DNA of 64,000 bases from a bacterium (GCA_965203325.1 OZ241875.1:2242702-2306701); one strand, 5' to 3'. Positions 10,452-20,281 are shown, counted from the first letter of the stretch. Notes: a model not told the origin generated them from the sequence alone. Program-made: numbers and translations.

Positions 10452-10758
10452 ATTGCTGAAGCGAATCACGCTAAACTGTGGGAAAAGAGCCCTGTATGGC
10501 AGCGCACTATGGGCTGAGGAACATCCAAACTTTCAGATTTATCAGCAAGGAGGCCAAGAGAGCGGACACGGGCACCGGATACCGATACTCAAATCGGGAG
10601 CGAGCGATTAGATATCCATCGAACTCTCTTCAATCAACGTAGTGGAAAACAAGCCCTCGTAACGAGAGATTAGGGAACGGATCACAGGAATCTCTAAAGC
10701 CTTTGACCTGAACGATTCTCCATATCCCCTCATCGACACCATCAATACCGATCCATCA

Positions 10759-10880
10759 GCACGGCACCCCGACCCGCCGCTATACTTGCCCGGAACATTT
10801 CTGCACAATAAGACCATGGCATGCAGTCCACCGGGACGGCGACCGACGGGTGCGGTCGAGGGGACCGGAAAGCGACATGG
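10759..10880. repeat. Right 122-bp direct repeat (DR-R) of the island
   Basis: Matches 4877-4998. Confidence 0.85.
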
Positions 10881-13306
10881 CGATTGCCGGACGGGAAAAG
10901 GAACGCGGGGCGAAGGGCCAATGCGAGGGCGCGAACGGCGTTCATCCGCGCCGCCGCCTCGTGAATGGGGGGCGCGGCGGCGGCGCCTTCACGCTGAGCC
11001 GGGCCTCCGCTTGCGCCGTCCTCCTTTGCGCGATGCTCATTCTCACGAACTGCGGCGGGGGCGGCTCGGGAGCGCGCCCCCAAGCCGCGGTGACGCCCGA
11101 AACCCCGCAGCCGCAACCACCCCCGCCAGAGCCAGTGCAGCCGCCGCAACAACCGCAGCCGTCGCCGCAACAACCGCAGCCGCAGGAATGCGTTCCGCTC
11201 CAAGACGGGACCTGCCCCTCGGTCGACGATTTCAACAGCCGGGCGCGGCGGCTCGCCGGCACATACGCCGTACACCGGAATTTCAGGAACCAGCCGAGTC
11301 TCGCGGCAATCGGCGCAGACCGAGCCTACGCCCACGTCCACCTGCTCGAGGGCGCGGGCGCCGCGCCGGGCGAGGGCGTGACCATCGGCTTCATCGACAG
11401 CGGCATCGATACCGCACACCGGATGTTCGCGGGAAAGTCGGTTGACGAGGTGTTCATCAGCGGCGCCTCGAACGAGACGGGCGCCAGGTTCTCCCACGGC
11501 ACGGCCGTCGCGAGCGTCGCCGCCGGAATCCGGGATCACACCATCGCCCGCGGCCCGCACGGCGTCGCCTGGGGCGCCGACATCGCCATGTTCGCCATTC
11601 CCTTACAAAGCCCGGACGGCCCCTACAACCCCGTCTCTCTCACCAGTTCGGGAGGCGCAGACGACTCGTGGGCGTCGCGGCTCGACCGGGTCCTGGCGTG
11701 GCGAAACGGCCCGAGGCGCGCCGACATCCTGAACCTGAGCATCGGCTATCAGGGCATCATCGACGACTACGACGAGGACGACCTCCGCGCCAGCTTCGAG
11801 CGGACGATCGCCGCGATGGCGCAGGCGGGAGCCATTGATAAGGCGGTTTTCGTCTGGGCGGCCGGCAACGCCCACGGAAGGGAATGCGCTTCGTCGGTGG
11901 CCCACTGCGAGAACGGAAAAATCAACGCCGTTTCGCCCGAGGTGCTGGCGGGCCTCGCCGCGCGGGTCGAGGAACTCCGGGGACATACGGTCACCGTCGC
12001 GGCGCTGGGGCCGGGCGGAACCATCGCGGACTTCTCCAACCGCTGCGGCATCGCGGCGGACTATTGCATCGCGGCGCCCGGAGAAGACGTCCGGGTCGCC
12101 TGGTTCGGACCCCATCCCGACACGTCCGCGCCCATCCGGGGCGTCGGGAGGAGCAGCGGAACATCCGTCGCCGCGCCGATGGTGTCCGGCGGGCTCGCCA
12201 TCATGAAGCAACTCTTCCGGGACCAGCTCTCGAACACCGAACTGGTGACGCGCCTCTTCGAGACCGCCGACGACACCGGCGCCTACGCGAACAGGGCCGT
12301 TTACGGCCGGGGAAAACTCGACTTGGCCGCCGCCACGCACCCCGTGGGCGTCCCGGCGGTCCCCGTCGCCGGGAACGCGAACGGGGCCGGGAGCAATCTG
12401 CGCGCCACGAGCCTGCGTCTCGGGGCGCCGTTCGGGAACGGCCTCACGCGGTCGGTCGGGGACCACGAAATCATGGCGCTCGACGATCTGGGCGCGCCGT
12501 TCTGGTACCGGCTGGGCGATTTCGTGACGACGGCGAAGGTCCCGGCGATGGACGCAAGGGTCAGGCGCTTTCTGGCGGGCGGGACGCTAGGGGTCAGCGC
12601 GCAGGAGACCACGGCGGAAGCCGGCGGCGGCCACCTCTCGCTCGCCGAGGGGGGGATGACGGCGACGTTCACCGGCCGGGCGGGCCTTTCCGCCTCGGTG
12701 TTCGGGACGAACCACGAGCACGACGTGGCGGGCGGGACACTCGGCTGGCGGCCGGAAGGCGCCCCGCTCGGCCTGCGCGTCGGGTGGATAAGCGAGGGCG
12801 GAACCATCCTCGGCGGCGAGGGCCGGGGGGCCTTCGGGTCGCTGGCGGCGGACACCGCCTTCATCCGCCTCGAGGGAGACGTGAGGCTCGGCGCGTGGCG
12901 TCTCGGAGCGGATGCGGAATGGGGGAGCGCGCGCGCCCGGGCCCGGGGCGGGCTCATCGAGGAGGTATCGCCGATCTCGACCAGCGCGTTCGCGCTGCAC
13001 GCACGCGCCGCCGTGACGGATACGGACACCGTGCGGCTCGCCCTCTCACAGCCCCTGCGCGTCGAGGACGGCCAAGCGTCGCTGACTCTCCCTGCTGCGC
13101 GGACCAAATTGGGGCGGGTGCTGCGCACGTCCCTCACCTCGCCGCTCGCGCCCGAGGCGCGCCAGATCGACCTGGCCGCCACCTGGGAGAGGCCGCTGGC
13201 GGAGGGGCGGCTGCGCCTCGGCGTCGTCTGGAGCCAAAACCCCGGCCACAGCGCCTCCGCCAAGCCCCGGCTCACGTTTCTCGCCGGCTGGCAAAGGGCG
13301 TTCTGA
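10877..13306 (+). CDS. S8 subtilisin-family serine protease, lipoprotein with C-terminal beta-barrel (NalP/SphB1-like autotransporter)
   Basis: Catalytic triad motifs DSGID, HGTAV, GTSVAAP; lipobox LILTNC; Pro/Gln-rich linker; C-terminal ...AGWQRAF. The start is uncertain: ATG 10877 (inside DR-R) or GTG 10961. Confidence 0.85.
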   Translation: MAIAGREKERGAKGQCEGANGVHPRRRLVNGGRGGGAFTLSRASACAVLLCAMLILTNCGGGGSGARPQAAVTPETPQPQPPPPEPVQPPQQPQPSPQQPQPQECVPLQDGTCPSVDDFNSRARRLAGTYAVHRNFRNQPSLAAIGADRAYAHVHLLEGAGAAPGEGVTIGFIDSGIDTAHRMFAGKSVDEVFISGASNETGARFSHGTAVASVAAGIRDHTIARGPHGVAWGADIAMFAIPLQSPDGPYNPVSLTSSGGADDSWASRLDRVLAWRNGPRRADILNLSIGYQGIIDDYDEDDLRASFERTIAAMAQAGAIDKAVFVWAAGNAHGRECASSVAHCENGKINAVSPEVLAGLAARVEELRGHTVTVAALGPGGTIADFSNRCGIAADYCIAAPGEDVRVAWFGPHPDTSAPIRGVGRSSGTSVAAPMVSGGLAIMKQLFRDQLSNTELVTRLFETADDTGAYANRAVYGRGKLDLAAATHPVGVPAVPVAGNANGAGSNLRATSLRLGAPFGNGLTRSVGDHEIMALDDLGAPFWYRLGDFVTTAKVPAMDARVRRFLAGGTLGVSAQETTAEAGGGHLSLAEGGMTATFTGRAGLSASVFGTNHEHDVAGGTLGWRPEGAPLGLRVGWISEGGTILGGEGRGAFGSLAADTAFIRLEGDVRLGAWRLGADAEWGSARARARGGLIEEVSPISTSAFALHARAAVTDTDTVRLALSQPLRVEDGQASLTLPAARTKLGRVLRTSLTSPLAPEARQIDLAATWERPLAEGRLRLGVVWSQNPGHSASAKPRLTFLAGWQRAF

Positions 13307-13363
13307 GCCGCCGGGCGGCGCTTCCCCGGTCGGTTCGATTGTCCTCTCACCTGTTGAAACCAA

Positions 13364-13538
13364 CCCCCCCTACCCCCCCTTGAGGGGGTCGGGCTTCCCG
13401 AGGGGAAAGCCCGACAGAGGCCGAGTCCTTTGGACGAAGGCCGATGTGGTGGGGGGACATGCCACAGAAAAACTCCCCCCACCGAATCGCTTTCGGGCTT
13501 ACGCCCTTAGCTCTTCGACTCCCCCTCAAGGGGGGAGT
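13364..13538. repeat. Family-A palindromic element copy 2 (its left end is a family-B arm CCCCCCCTACCCCCCCC)
   Basis: Same nested inverted-repeat architecture as 4312-4500. Confidence 0.75.
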
Positions 13539-13675
13539 TTATTCATAATCTTATGTCGATTGGGAAATCCATTCTCTGTTTGTGGCAGGGCTTCTCCAAC
13601 AACCCCTCGCGGGGCCGATTTCTCCTGCGCAGGATAGCCGCCGCCCCGTCTTATGATATAGAATGGCGGCCCTCG

Positions 13676-13767
13676 CGGAGAGATGGCCGAGTGGCTGAAG
13701 GCGCTCGCCTGCTAAGCGAGTAGGCTGGGAAACCGGCCTCGAGGGTTCGAATCCCTCTCTCTCCGCC
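13676..13767 (+). tRNA. tRNA-Ser (anticodon GCU)
   Basis: Acceptor stem GGAGAGA/TCTCTCC, anticodon loop CTGCTAA, long variable arm, GGTTCGAATCC, CCA. Confidence 0.9.
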
Positions 13768-13885
13768 ACGCGCAAACCCGCCTTGTGTTACATTAACTCC
13801 CGGCACATCACCGGCGCCGCCTCGTTCCTCCCGGTGGTTCGGATGAAGACGACCCTTGCCCGGAACCGGCAGGAGGGAGAATACG

Positions 13886-14356
13886 ATGCGGCGCAACTTC
13901 TTTCGCCTGGACGCGACCCAGCAGCTTCCCATCGAACTCGACGCCGCCTGGGCGTTTTTCTCGAACCCGCAGAACCTCGCGGAGATCACGCCGCCCGAGC
14001 TTCACCTGGTCGTCGAGAACGAACTGCCTGAAAGGATGCACCCCGGCGTCCTCATCTGCTACCGGGTGAAGCCCCTTCTCGGGATTCCGGTGCACTGGGT
14101 CACGGAGATCACCCACGTGGAGGAAGGCCGCCTCTTCGTGGACGAGCAGCGCTTCGGCCCCTATCGATTCTGGCACCACCAGCACCATTTTCTGCCGATC
14201 GAGGGAGGCGTGGAGATGCGCGACATCATCCACTACAAGCTGCCGCTGGGGCCCCTCTCGTTCCTGGCCGACAGCTTCGTGGTGAGCCGCCAACTGCGCC
14301 GCATCTTCTCCTACCGCGAAGAGGCGCTCACGCAGCGCTTCGGGCGGATGAATTGA
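13886..14356 (+). CDS. SRPBCC (polyketide cyclase/START-like) family protein
   Basis: The GPYRFWHHQHHF motif typical of the family; the start is probably ATG 13886. Confidence 0.65.
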   Translation: MRRNFFRLDATQQLPIELDAAWAFFSNPQNLAEITPPELHLVVENELPERMHPGVLICYRVKPLLGIPVHWVTEITHVEEGRLFVDEQRFGPYRFWHHQHHFLPIEGGVEMRDIIHYKLPLGPLSFLADSFVVSRQLRRIFSYREEALTQRFGRMN

Positions 14357-14488
14357 ATATGCTCCCCTCTATGGACTTGGAGCACGACACGCTATAGAAC
14401 ATGAGACACCCGGCGGGACTCGCATCACCCGAGCCGCCCGGGCGGATGGGACACCACACCTCTTCACGCAAGCACCCGGAGACACGCA

Positions 14489-15319
14489 ATGAAAATCATA
14501 CTCGCAACCGCTCTCTCGCTCCTCGTGGCCTCGGCCTCTTTCGCGCAGGAGATCGCAAAGGAAAAACCCACCAACCCGGTTCTCTTGATGAAGACGAATT
14601 TCGGCGACGTCTACATCGAGTTGTTCCCCGAAGAAGCGCCCAAGACGGTGGCGAACTTCATGGGCCTCGCCACGGGGGAGCGCGTCTTCACGGACCACAA
14701 GACCAGCAAGAAGGTGAAGCGCCCCTTTTACGACGGGCTCAAGTTTCACCGCGTCATCAAGGAGTTCATGATCCAGGGAGGCGACCCCAAGGGAAACGGA
14801 ACCGGAGGGCCGGGCTATAAGTTCGAGGACGAGATCAACGCCGACGCCCTGGGCCTGCACAAAATGAAGGCCGTGAAGGACGGGCGTCCCCACGCCTTCC
14901 TGCCCATCAGGAACCAGAGCGATTTCCAGCGCACCCTGGTGAATCCCCTGTTCCAGAAGATGGGCATCCGCTCCCAGGCCGACCTCGACAAGCGCAGGGA
15001 AGAGGTGAAGAAGCGCATCAACGATCTCACGCTCAAGGACGCGTACGAGAACATGGGCTACCGCTTCAACGGGAAGCTCAAATCGCGCGCGCCCGTGAAG
15101 GGCGTGCTCGCGATGGCGAACTCCGGCCCCGACACGAACGGCTCGCAGTTTTTCATCAACCTGATCGACACCCCCTGGCTCACGGGCAAGCACACCGTCT
15201 TCGGAAAAGTGGTCAAAGGAATGGACATCGTGGAGAAAATCGGCGCAACCCCCGTGGGATCGGGGAGCATGCCCCAGAAAGAGGTGCAGATCATCTCGAT
15301 CCGCCTTTATTCGCCCTGA
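14489..15319 (+). CDS. Secreted cyclophilin-type peptidyl-prolyl cis-trans isomerase
   Basis: Signal peptide; FHRVIKEFMIQGGDP and ANSGPDTNGSQFFI motifs. Confidence 0.9.
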   Translation: MKIILATALSLLVASASFAQEIAKEKPTNPVLLMKTNFGDVYIELFPEEAPKTVANFMGLATGERVFTDHKTSKKVKRPFYDGLKFHRVIKEFMIQGGDPKGNGTGGPGYKFEDEINADALGLHKMKAVKDGRPHAFLPIRNQSDFQRTLVNPLFQKMGIRSQADLDKRREEVKKRINDLTLKDAYENMGYRFNGKLKSRAPVKGVLAMANSGPDTNGSQFFINLIDTPWLTGKHTVFGKVVKGMDIVEKIGATPVGSGSMPQKEVQIISIRLYSP

Positions 15320-15386
15320 ACCGGGGTTTTTGGGAAAGGCCCGATTCCGTAATTCGGCGTATGGAACCAACCGGGAATGGGGTACT

Positions 15387-15414
15387 GTAGGGACAGGTCG
15401 CGACCTGTCCCTAC
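15387..15414. repeat. Perfect 28-bp palindrome GTAGGGACAGGTCGCGACCTGTCCCTAC (family E; second copy 19217-19248)
   Basis: Direct reading. Confidence 0.8.
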
Positions 15415-15433
15415 GAGACGGTGCGGCTTTGTT

Positions 15434-15459
15434 CGTCATTCCGGCGAAAGCCGGAATCC
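15434..15459. repeat. Family-D hairpin CGTCATTCCGGCGAAAGCCGGAATCC (GAAA tetraloop). Other copies at 15623-15648 (rc), 23103-23128 and 23205-23237.
   Basis: Direct reading. Confidence 0.8.
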
Positions 15460-15837
15460 ATTTTGACTTTTCACCGGACGGGGCGGCCACGACCTTGTTG
15501 TTGCGCGGCGGACAGATGCGGAATCCAGAGAATTCGCCTTTCGTTTTTGTGTTCGATTCCGATCCGCCCCGCCCGGGAATAAAGACGTCCGAACGAGGAA
15601 GCGAAAAGGCAAAGGCGAAAATGGATTCCGGCTTTCGCCGGAATGACGGGTGTTGTGATCTCTACGGAAGGGTGTCGTAGGGGCGCTTCGCGAAGCGCCC
15701 GTTTCTCCGACAAGGGCCGTTCGCGTGAACGGCCCACTACGGAACAAACTCCTCCTTCATCAAGACTTCTTCAACAACCCCGATTTCCGGGAGACAGTTC
15801 GGTGGGACGCGCTCATGGATAACGCCCACGCGCAAGA

Positions 15838-16446
15838 CTACATCTCGCGGCGGCCTTCGAGGGAGCGGGTGAGCGTCATCTCGTCCGCGTATTCGAGATG
15901 GCTGCCCATGGGAAGGCCGTGCGCCAGCTGGGTGACGCGCACGCCGAGCGGCTTGAGCACCTGTGCGAGATAAAGGGAAGTCCCCTCGCCCGCCATGTTG
16001 GGGTTCAGGGCCAGGATCACCTCTTTCACTTCGCCCGCCTTCACGCGCTCGATGAGCCCGGCTATGGTGAGGTCTTCGGGCTCCACGCCGTCCAGGGGGG
16101 AGATGACGCCCATCAGCACGTGGTAGCGTCCCTTCACGCCCCCCGCGCGCTCCACGGCGAACACGTCGGCGGGTTCTTCCACCACGCAGATGACGCTCGG
16201 GTCGCGCGCGCCGCACACCGAGCAGTCGGCGCCTCCCGCCTCACCCTCCACGAGCATGGAACACGTGCCGCACAGGCCCACCTTTTCATGCAGCGCCTCG
16301 CAGGAGGCGGCGATTTTCCCGGCGGCCTCGGGATCCTTGCCCAGTAGATGGAAGACGATTCGCTGCGCGCTCTTCGGCCCCACCCCCGGAAGACGGCGGA
16401 ACGCCTCAATGCACTCTTCGATGGCGGGAAAGCGGCTCAACTGCAT
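15838..16446 (-). CDS. recR: Recombination protein RecR
   Basis: Full-length homology: HhH (PGVGPKSAQR), C4 zinc finger, Toprim. Confidence 0.95.
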   Translation of the reverse strand: MQLSRFPAIEECIEAFRRLPGVGPKSAQRIVFHLLGKDPEAAGKIAASCEALHEKVGLCGTCSMLVEGEAGGADCSVCGARDPSVICVVEEPADVFAVERAGGVKGRYHVLMGVISPLDGVEPEDLTIAGLIERVKAGEVKEVILALNPNMAGEGTSLYLAQVLKPLGVRVTQLAHGLPMGSHLEYADEMTLTRSLEGRREM

Positions 16447-16537
16447 GGCGTTTTCTCACTCGGGTCTCAGGCGGCGGCCCGGAAGCGACGATAATGACGA
16501 TATAAAACGACGCGCGGCGCGGAGGCCGCGCACCTGC

Positions 16538-16855
16538 TCAGAACATGCCGGGAATGGGCAGGCCGCCGGTGAGTTTCTTCATCTCCTCGGACATCATGTC
16601 CTTGCCTTTGCGGGACGCCTCGTTGCACGCGGCGCGCACCAGATCCTCGAGCATCTCCACGTCGTCGGGGTCGACCACCTGCGGGTCTATCTTCACCGAG
16701 ACTACCTCGCCCGCCCCGTTGGCGACCACGTTCACCATCCCCCCGCCGGCGGAGGCCTCCACCGTCTTCGCCGCCATCTCCTCCTGAAGCTTGGCCATCT
16801 TGTCCTGGATCTGGCGCGCCTGTTTCATCAGATTGCCGATGCCGCCTTTTAACAT
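16538..16855 (-). CDS. ybaB: YbaB/EbfC nucleoid-associated protein
   Basis: 105 aa family signature; the conserved dnaX-ybaB-recR arrangement. Confidence 0.9.
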   Translation of the reverse strand: MLKGGIGNLMKQARQIQDKMAKLQEEMAAKTVEASAGGGMVNVVANGAGEVVSVKIDPQVVDPDDVEMLEDLVRAACNEASRKGKDMMSEEMKKLTGGLPIPGMF

Positions 16856-16886
16856 GAGAATCTCCCCGAGGTAGTTCCCTCACCAC

Positions 16887-18617
16887 TCAAGCGAATGTAT
16901 TTCCACCCGATTTTCGCATCCGCCCCTGGCGAATGTCGACTATCTTTCCGTTGAACAAATCCACGATCTCCTGGATCACGGCCTCTTCACTCTCATCCCG
17001 TTTCCGGCCATGCGCATTGCTCTTCTCTCCGGCCCCCTGCCCGGTTTGCGAACGCGCGCCGTTTTCCGCGCCCGCTATCTCGACCCTGGCGCTCCAGGGG
17101 GAATGCTCCCGGAAAAACTTCTCGATTTCGGGCCGCACCTCCTCCGCCATGTGCAGGCCCTGCGCGTTTCGGTTCTCCCGGGCAAGCACCACGCGGACGG
17201 TTCCTTCCGTTTCCAGATCGAGCTCCACGCCGTGAAAGAGCGGGCGCCTCATCGGGCGCAAGGCCTTCACCGCTCCGGCCCACACGCGCCGCGCCTCTAC
17301 GGAGTTCCACTCCTGCGCTTCGGCTTGGGCGACGGGAGAACCCCCCGAAGCAGGTTCACCCGCAGGCGGCGCAGGCTCGGGCGCCGCGGTTTCCCGGGCA
17401 GCCGGAGGCGGCGCGGCGGCGGGAACCTCCCCTCCCGGCGAGGGGGCGCGCGGGGGATTCGGCGCCGCTCCCCCGCTCATGGATTCGAGCCGTTCCATCA
17501 ACGCGCCCAAATCCGTAATCGGCTCAATCTGGCACATGCGGAGAATCGCGACCTCGAGCGTCATGCGGGGATGATCCGATGTCCTGAGTTCGAACTCCGC
17601 ACCCTGCAGAATGGAATACGCCTGATGCGCCTCGGCGAAACTCATCTTCGCGGCTACCTGCCTGCGCTCTTCGATCTCGGAAGCCGCCACGTCGAAGAGC
17701 GCCTCATCGTCGCCTGCGGAGAGGAGCACCATGCAGTCGCGCAGATACTCGAGCAGGTTCGAGGAGAAGAGCTTGAGGTCGTGGCCCGCGTCGAAGAGGT
17801 TCTTGAGCTCGGTGAGCGCCTTGTTGCCGTCGCGCGCGACCACCGCCTCGACCAGGGCTTTATAGATGCTGCCCGACGGCACACCGAGCACCTTTTCCAC
17901 TTCTGCGCTCGAAACCGGATCCTCGGCGGCGAAAGCGAGCACCTGATCCAGCAGGGATTGCGCATCGCGGATGCTGCCCTCCCCCATCCGCGCCAGCAGC
18001 TTGACGGCCGCATCGTCCATCTTCCGCTCCTGCGCCTCGACGATCCTCAAAAGATGTTCCGCGATGACAGAAGTCGTGATCCGCCGGAACTCGAACACCT
18101 GGCAGCGGCTCAAAATGGTGTCGGGGACGTTCTTGATCTCCGTGGTGGCCAGAATGAAGACGACGTGGGGCGGGGGTTCCTCGAGCGTCTTGAGCAGCGC
18201 GTTGAACGAGCTTTTGGAGAGCATGTGCACTTCATCGAAAATCACCGTCTTGTAGCGCCCGCGCGCGGGCTGGTAGCGCAGCCCCTCGCGCAACTCGCGC
18301 ACGTTGTCCACCCCCGTATAGGTGGCGGCATCGATTTCGAGAATATCGGGATGGCTTCCTGCGGTGATCTCCTCGCACGACGAGCACGCGTTGCACGGTT
18401 CGGGCAGCGGCCCATCCCCCGATTCGCAGTTGAGCGCCTTGGCGAGAATGCGCGCGGTGGTCGTCTTGCCGACCCCGCGCGTCCCGCTGAACAGATAGGC
18501 GGAGGCGACGCGCCCCGAGGCGAGCGCGTTCGATAGCGTTCGCCGGATATGCTCCTGGCCGATGAGTTCCCCGAAGCGCTGCGGACGCCATTTCCTGGCG
18601 CTGCCGATGAAGGACAT
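16887..18617 (-). CDS. dnaX: DNA polymerase III subunit gamma/tau
   Basis: ARKWRPQRF...GTRGVGKTT Walker A, zinc module CNACSSC. The start is probably M15 of the track ORF. Confidence 0.95.
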   Translation of the reverse strand: MSFIGSARKWRPQRFGELIGQEHIRRTLSNALASGRVASAYLFSGTRGVGKTTTARILAKALNCESGDGPLPEPCNACSSCEEITAGSHPDILEIDAATYTGVDNVRELREGLRYQPARGRYKTVIFDEVHMLSKSSFNALLKTLEEPPPHVVFILATTEIKNVPDTILSRCQVFEFRRITTSVIAEHLLRIVEAQERKMDDAAVKLLARMGEGSIRDAQSLLDQVLAFAAEDPVSSAEVEKVLGVPSGSIYKALVEAVVARDGNKALTELKNLFDAGHDLKLFSSNLLEYLRDCMVLLSAGDDEALFDVAASEIEERRQVAAKMSFAEAHQAYSILQGAEFELRTSDHPRMTLEVAILRMCQIEPITDLGALMERLESMSGGAAPNPPRAPSPGGEVPAAAPPPAARETAAPEPAPPAGEPASGGSPVAQAEAQEWNSVEARRVWAGAVKALRPMRRPLFHGVELDLETEGTVRVVLARENRNAQGLHMAEEVRPEIEKFFREHSPWSARVEIAGAENGARSQTGQGAGEKSNAHGRKRDESEEAVIQEIVDLFNGKIVDIRQGRMRKSGGNTFA

Positions 18618-18680
18618 CAAGAATCCATCCCAAGGATTTCCGCCGTTGAAGGGCCCCATACCCCGTGAGCGGCGCGCAGA

Positions 18681-18815
18681 CCCTGCGATGGAGTCGACCG
18701 GTCAGGCGCCCTCGTGGCACCCGGGAGTGTCCACTTACCGCTGCTTCCTTCCGGACCTGACGGGGTTCGCGGGCTCCCGCCGCACGAGACCCAACCGGCC
18801 GAATCCATCGCAGGC
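18681..18815 (-). ncRNA. ffs: Signal recognition particle RNA (4.5S/ffs)
   Basis: The minus strand reads ...CCCCGUCAGGUCCGGAAGGAAGCAGCGG... (the conserved domain IV motif) inside a long hairpin whose ends CCUGCGAUGGA/UCCAUCGCAGG pair. It lies upstream of dnaX as in many bacteria. Confidence 0.8.
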
Positions 18816-19010
18816 TCTTCCATAAATCCTACCCCGTCCCCCGGCCTTTGGGAAGCGGATGCGCCGCCATTTTGGCGACGGCGAACCATGCGGCGGATAA
18901 CCATCCATATAACATGGCGTTAGGGGATTGGGGGCGGTTCGCGAACCGCCCCTACGGGATTGTTGAAAAAGTTCCCTGCAAGGGGGTTGGGGGGTTCGAA
19001 GGGAGTCACG

Positions 19011-19162
19011 CTTCACTCCCCCTTTGAGGGGGAGTCGATGAAGCCGAGCGATTTGTGCGAAGGCTGAATCGGTGGGGGGACGATTCTAAAATAAAAGCTC
19101 CCCCCACCGACTCGCTTGCGGGCTTCGCCCTTACCTCGTCGACTCCCCCTCAAGGGGGGAGT
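19011..19162. repeat. Family-A palindromic element copy 3
   Basis: CACTCCCCCTTTGAGGGGGAGTCG ... CGACTCCCCCTCAAGGGGGGAGT with inner CGGTGGGGGG/CCCCCCACCG. Confidence 0.75.
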
Positions 19163-19417
19163 TGATTCGTTTTTTGTGGGCTTTTTCAACAACCCCCTTC
19201 AACAAGGGATTCTCCCGTAGTAGGACAGGTCGCGACCTGTCCCTCTACACAACCGCAATCGCTCCCTCATCGTCCAGAATCGGTTCTAAAGAGAAATGCT
19301 GCGGGCATCGCCAATTCACGCGGAATGGGGTTACAATGGATTTTTAGTCATCTGGTCGCAAATTCCCCCGGCGCAAGTCTTCTGTTCGTCGCCGAACAAG
19401 GAAAGGCCGCCGTACGC

Positions 19418-20281
19418 ATGTCGTATTCCGGGATTGCCGAACTCGCGGAGGGAAAAGTCTACGCCCTCCACAACACGTTCCCGCTGGACGGGCGGATCAG
19501 CGCATACCCCATCAGCGCGCGCGGGCACAGCGTCTCGAACTGCTATCTCCTGAAAGAAGACGCGGGCGCGCTCCTGCTCGATACGGGCTACGCCGCCCAC
19601 GAAGAAGAAATCCTGGCGCAGCTGGAATCCCTCATCGCGCCGGATACGCCGCTGCACCTGCTCCCGCTGCGCATCAACGAATTCATGTCGGTGGGAAACG
19701 CCATGGCGGTCGCCAAGCGCTTCAACGTGGTGGAGTGCCTCGCCCCCGTGCCGGAAATCAACGAGTGGCTCGAGTTCGAAGCGATCGAGCCGAACGAAGC
19801 GAACAACGGCAACCCCATCCTGCCCACCACGATACTGAAGCCGCTCCACCCGCTTGAAATCGGCGATAGATACATCGAGGTGATGAACGCGCCGATCCGC
19901 CTCATCAGCACCCGCTGGATTTACGATGCGGCCACGCGTATCCTGTTCACCTCGGACATGTTCAGCCACCTCTGGGCGGAGGGGGCGGAAGGCCCCTGGC
20001 TGCTGGATGAAGACAACGCCACGACGACTTCCTTCGTCCGCTCGTTCCTGCTGAACACGCGCTACTGGTGGCTCGAGGGCGCGAGGACGGACTCCATCCG
20101 AAAAGGCATCACGGAAGTATTCGAGCGCTACGACATCGAGACCATCGCTCCGGGATACGGCGCGGTTCTGCGCGGGCGCCGTCTGGTCGAGCAACAATTC
20201 GCCGTGCTGGATGAAGTTCTGGCGGGTCTCGACCGGGGCGTCGTCAAACCCCAATACGTCGCGCTGGGTCTGGAAAGATAG
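19418..20281 (+). CDS. MBL-fold ODP-like (oxygen-binding di-iron protein / flavodiiron N-domain-like) paralog 1, metal ligands degenerate
   Basis: Colinear with the downstream paralog, but the His motifs are replaced (LLLDTGYAAHEEE). Start ATG 19418 after AGGAAAGG. Confidence 0.55.
   Translation: MSYSGIAELAEGKVYALHNTFPLDGRISAYPISARGHSVSNCYLLKEDAGALLLDTGYAAHEEEILAQLESLIAPDTPLHLLPLRINEFMSVGNAMAVAKRFNVVECLAPVPEINEWLEFEAIEPNEANNGNPILPTTILKPLHPLEIGDRYIEVMNAPIRLISTRWIYDAATRILFTSDMFSHLWAEGAEGPWLLDEDNATTTSFVRSFLLNTRYWWLEGARTDSIRKGITEVFERYDIETIAPGYGAVLRGRRLVEQQFAVLDEVLAGLDRGVVKPQYVALGLER

Larger units (their letters stand above)
4999..10758 (+). mobile_element. ~5.8-kb low-GC genomic island just 3' of tRNA-Ser, flanked by 122-bp direct repeats. 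It carries a 4-gene putative defence operon and no recombinase gene.
   Basis: The compositional shift is visible by eye. Flanking direct repeats, tRNA proximity and a tightly spaced co-directional operon all support this. Confidence 0.6.

Noticed and set aside
4999-10758. Searched both islands for an integrase, transposase or excisionase
   Set aside because: None was found. No tyrosine or serine recombinase or DDE motifs appear in any frame of 4999-10758 or 44377-46473. Mobility mechanism remains unexplained.
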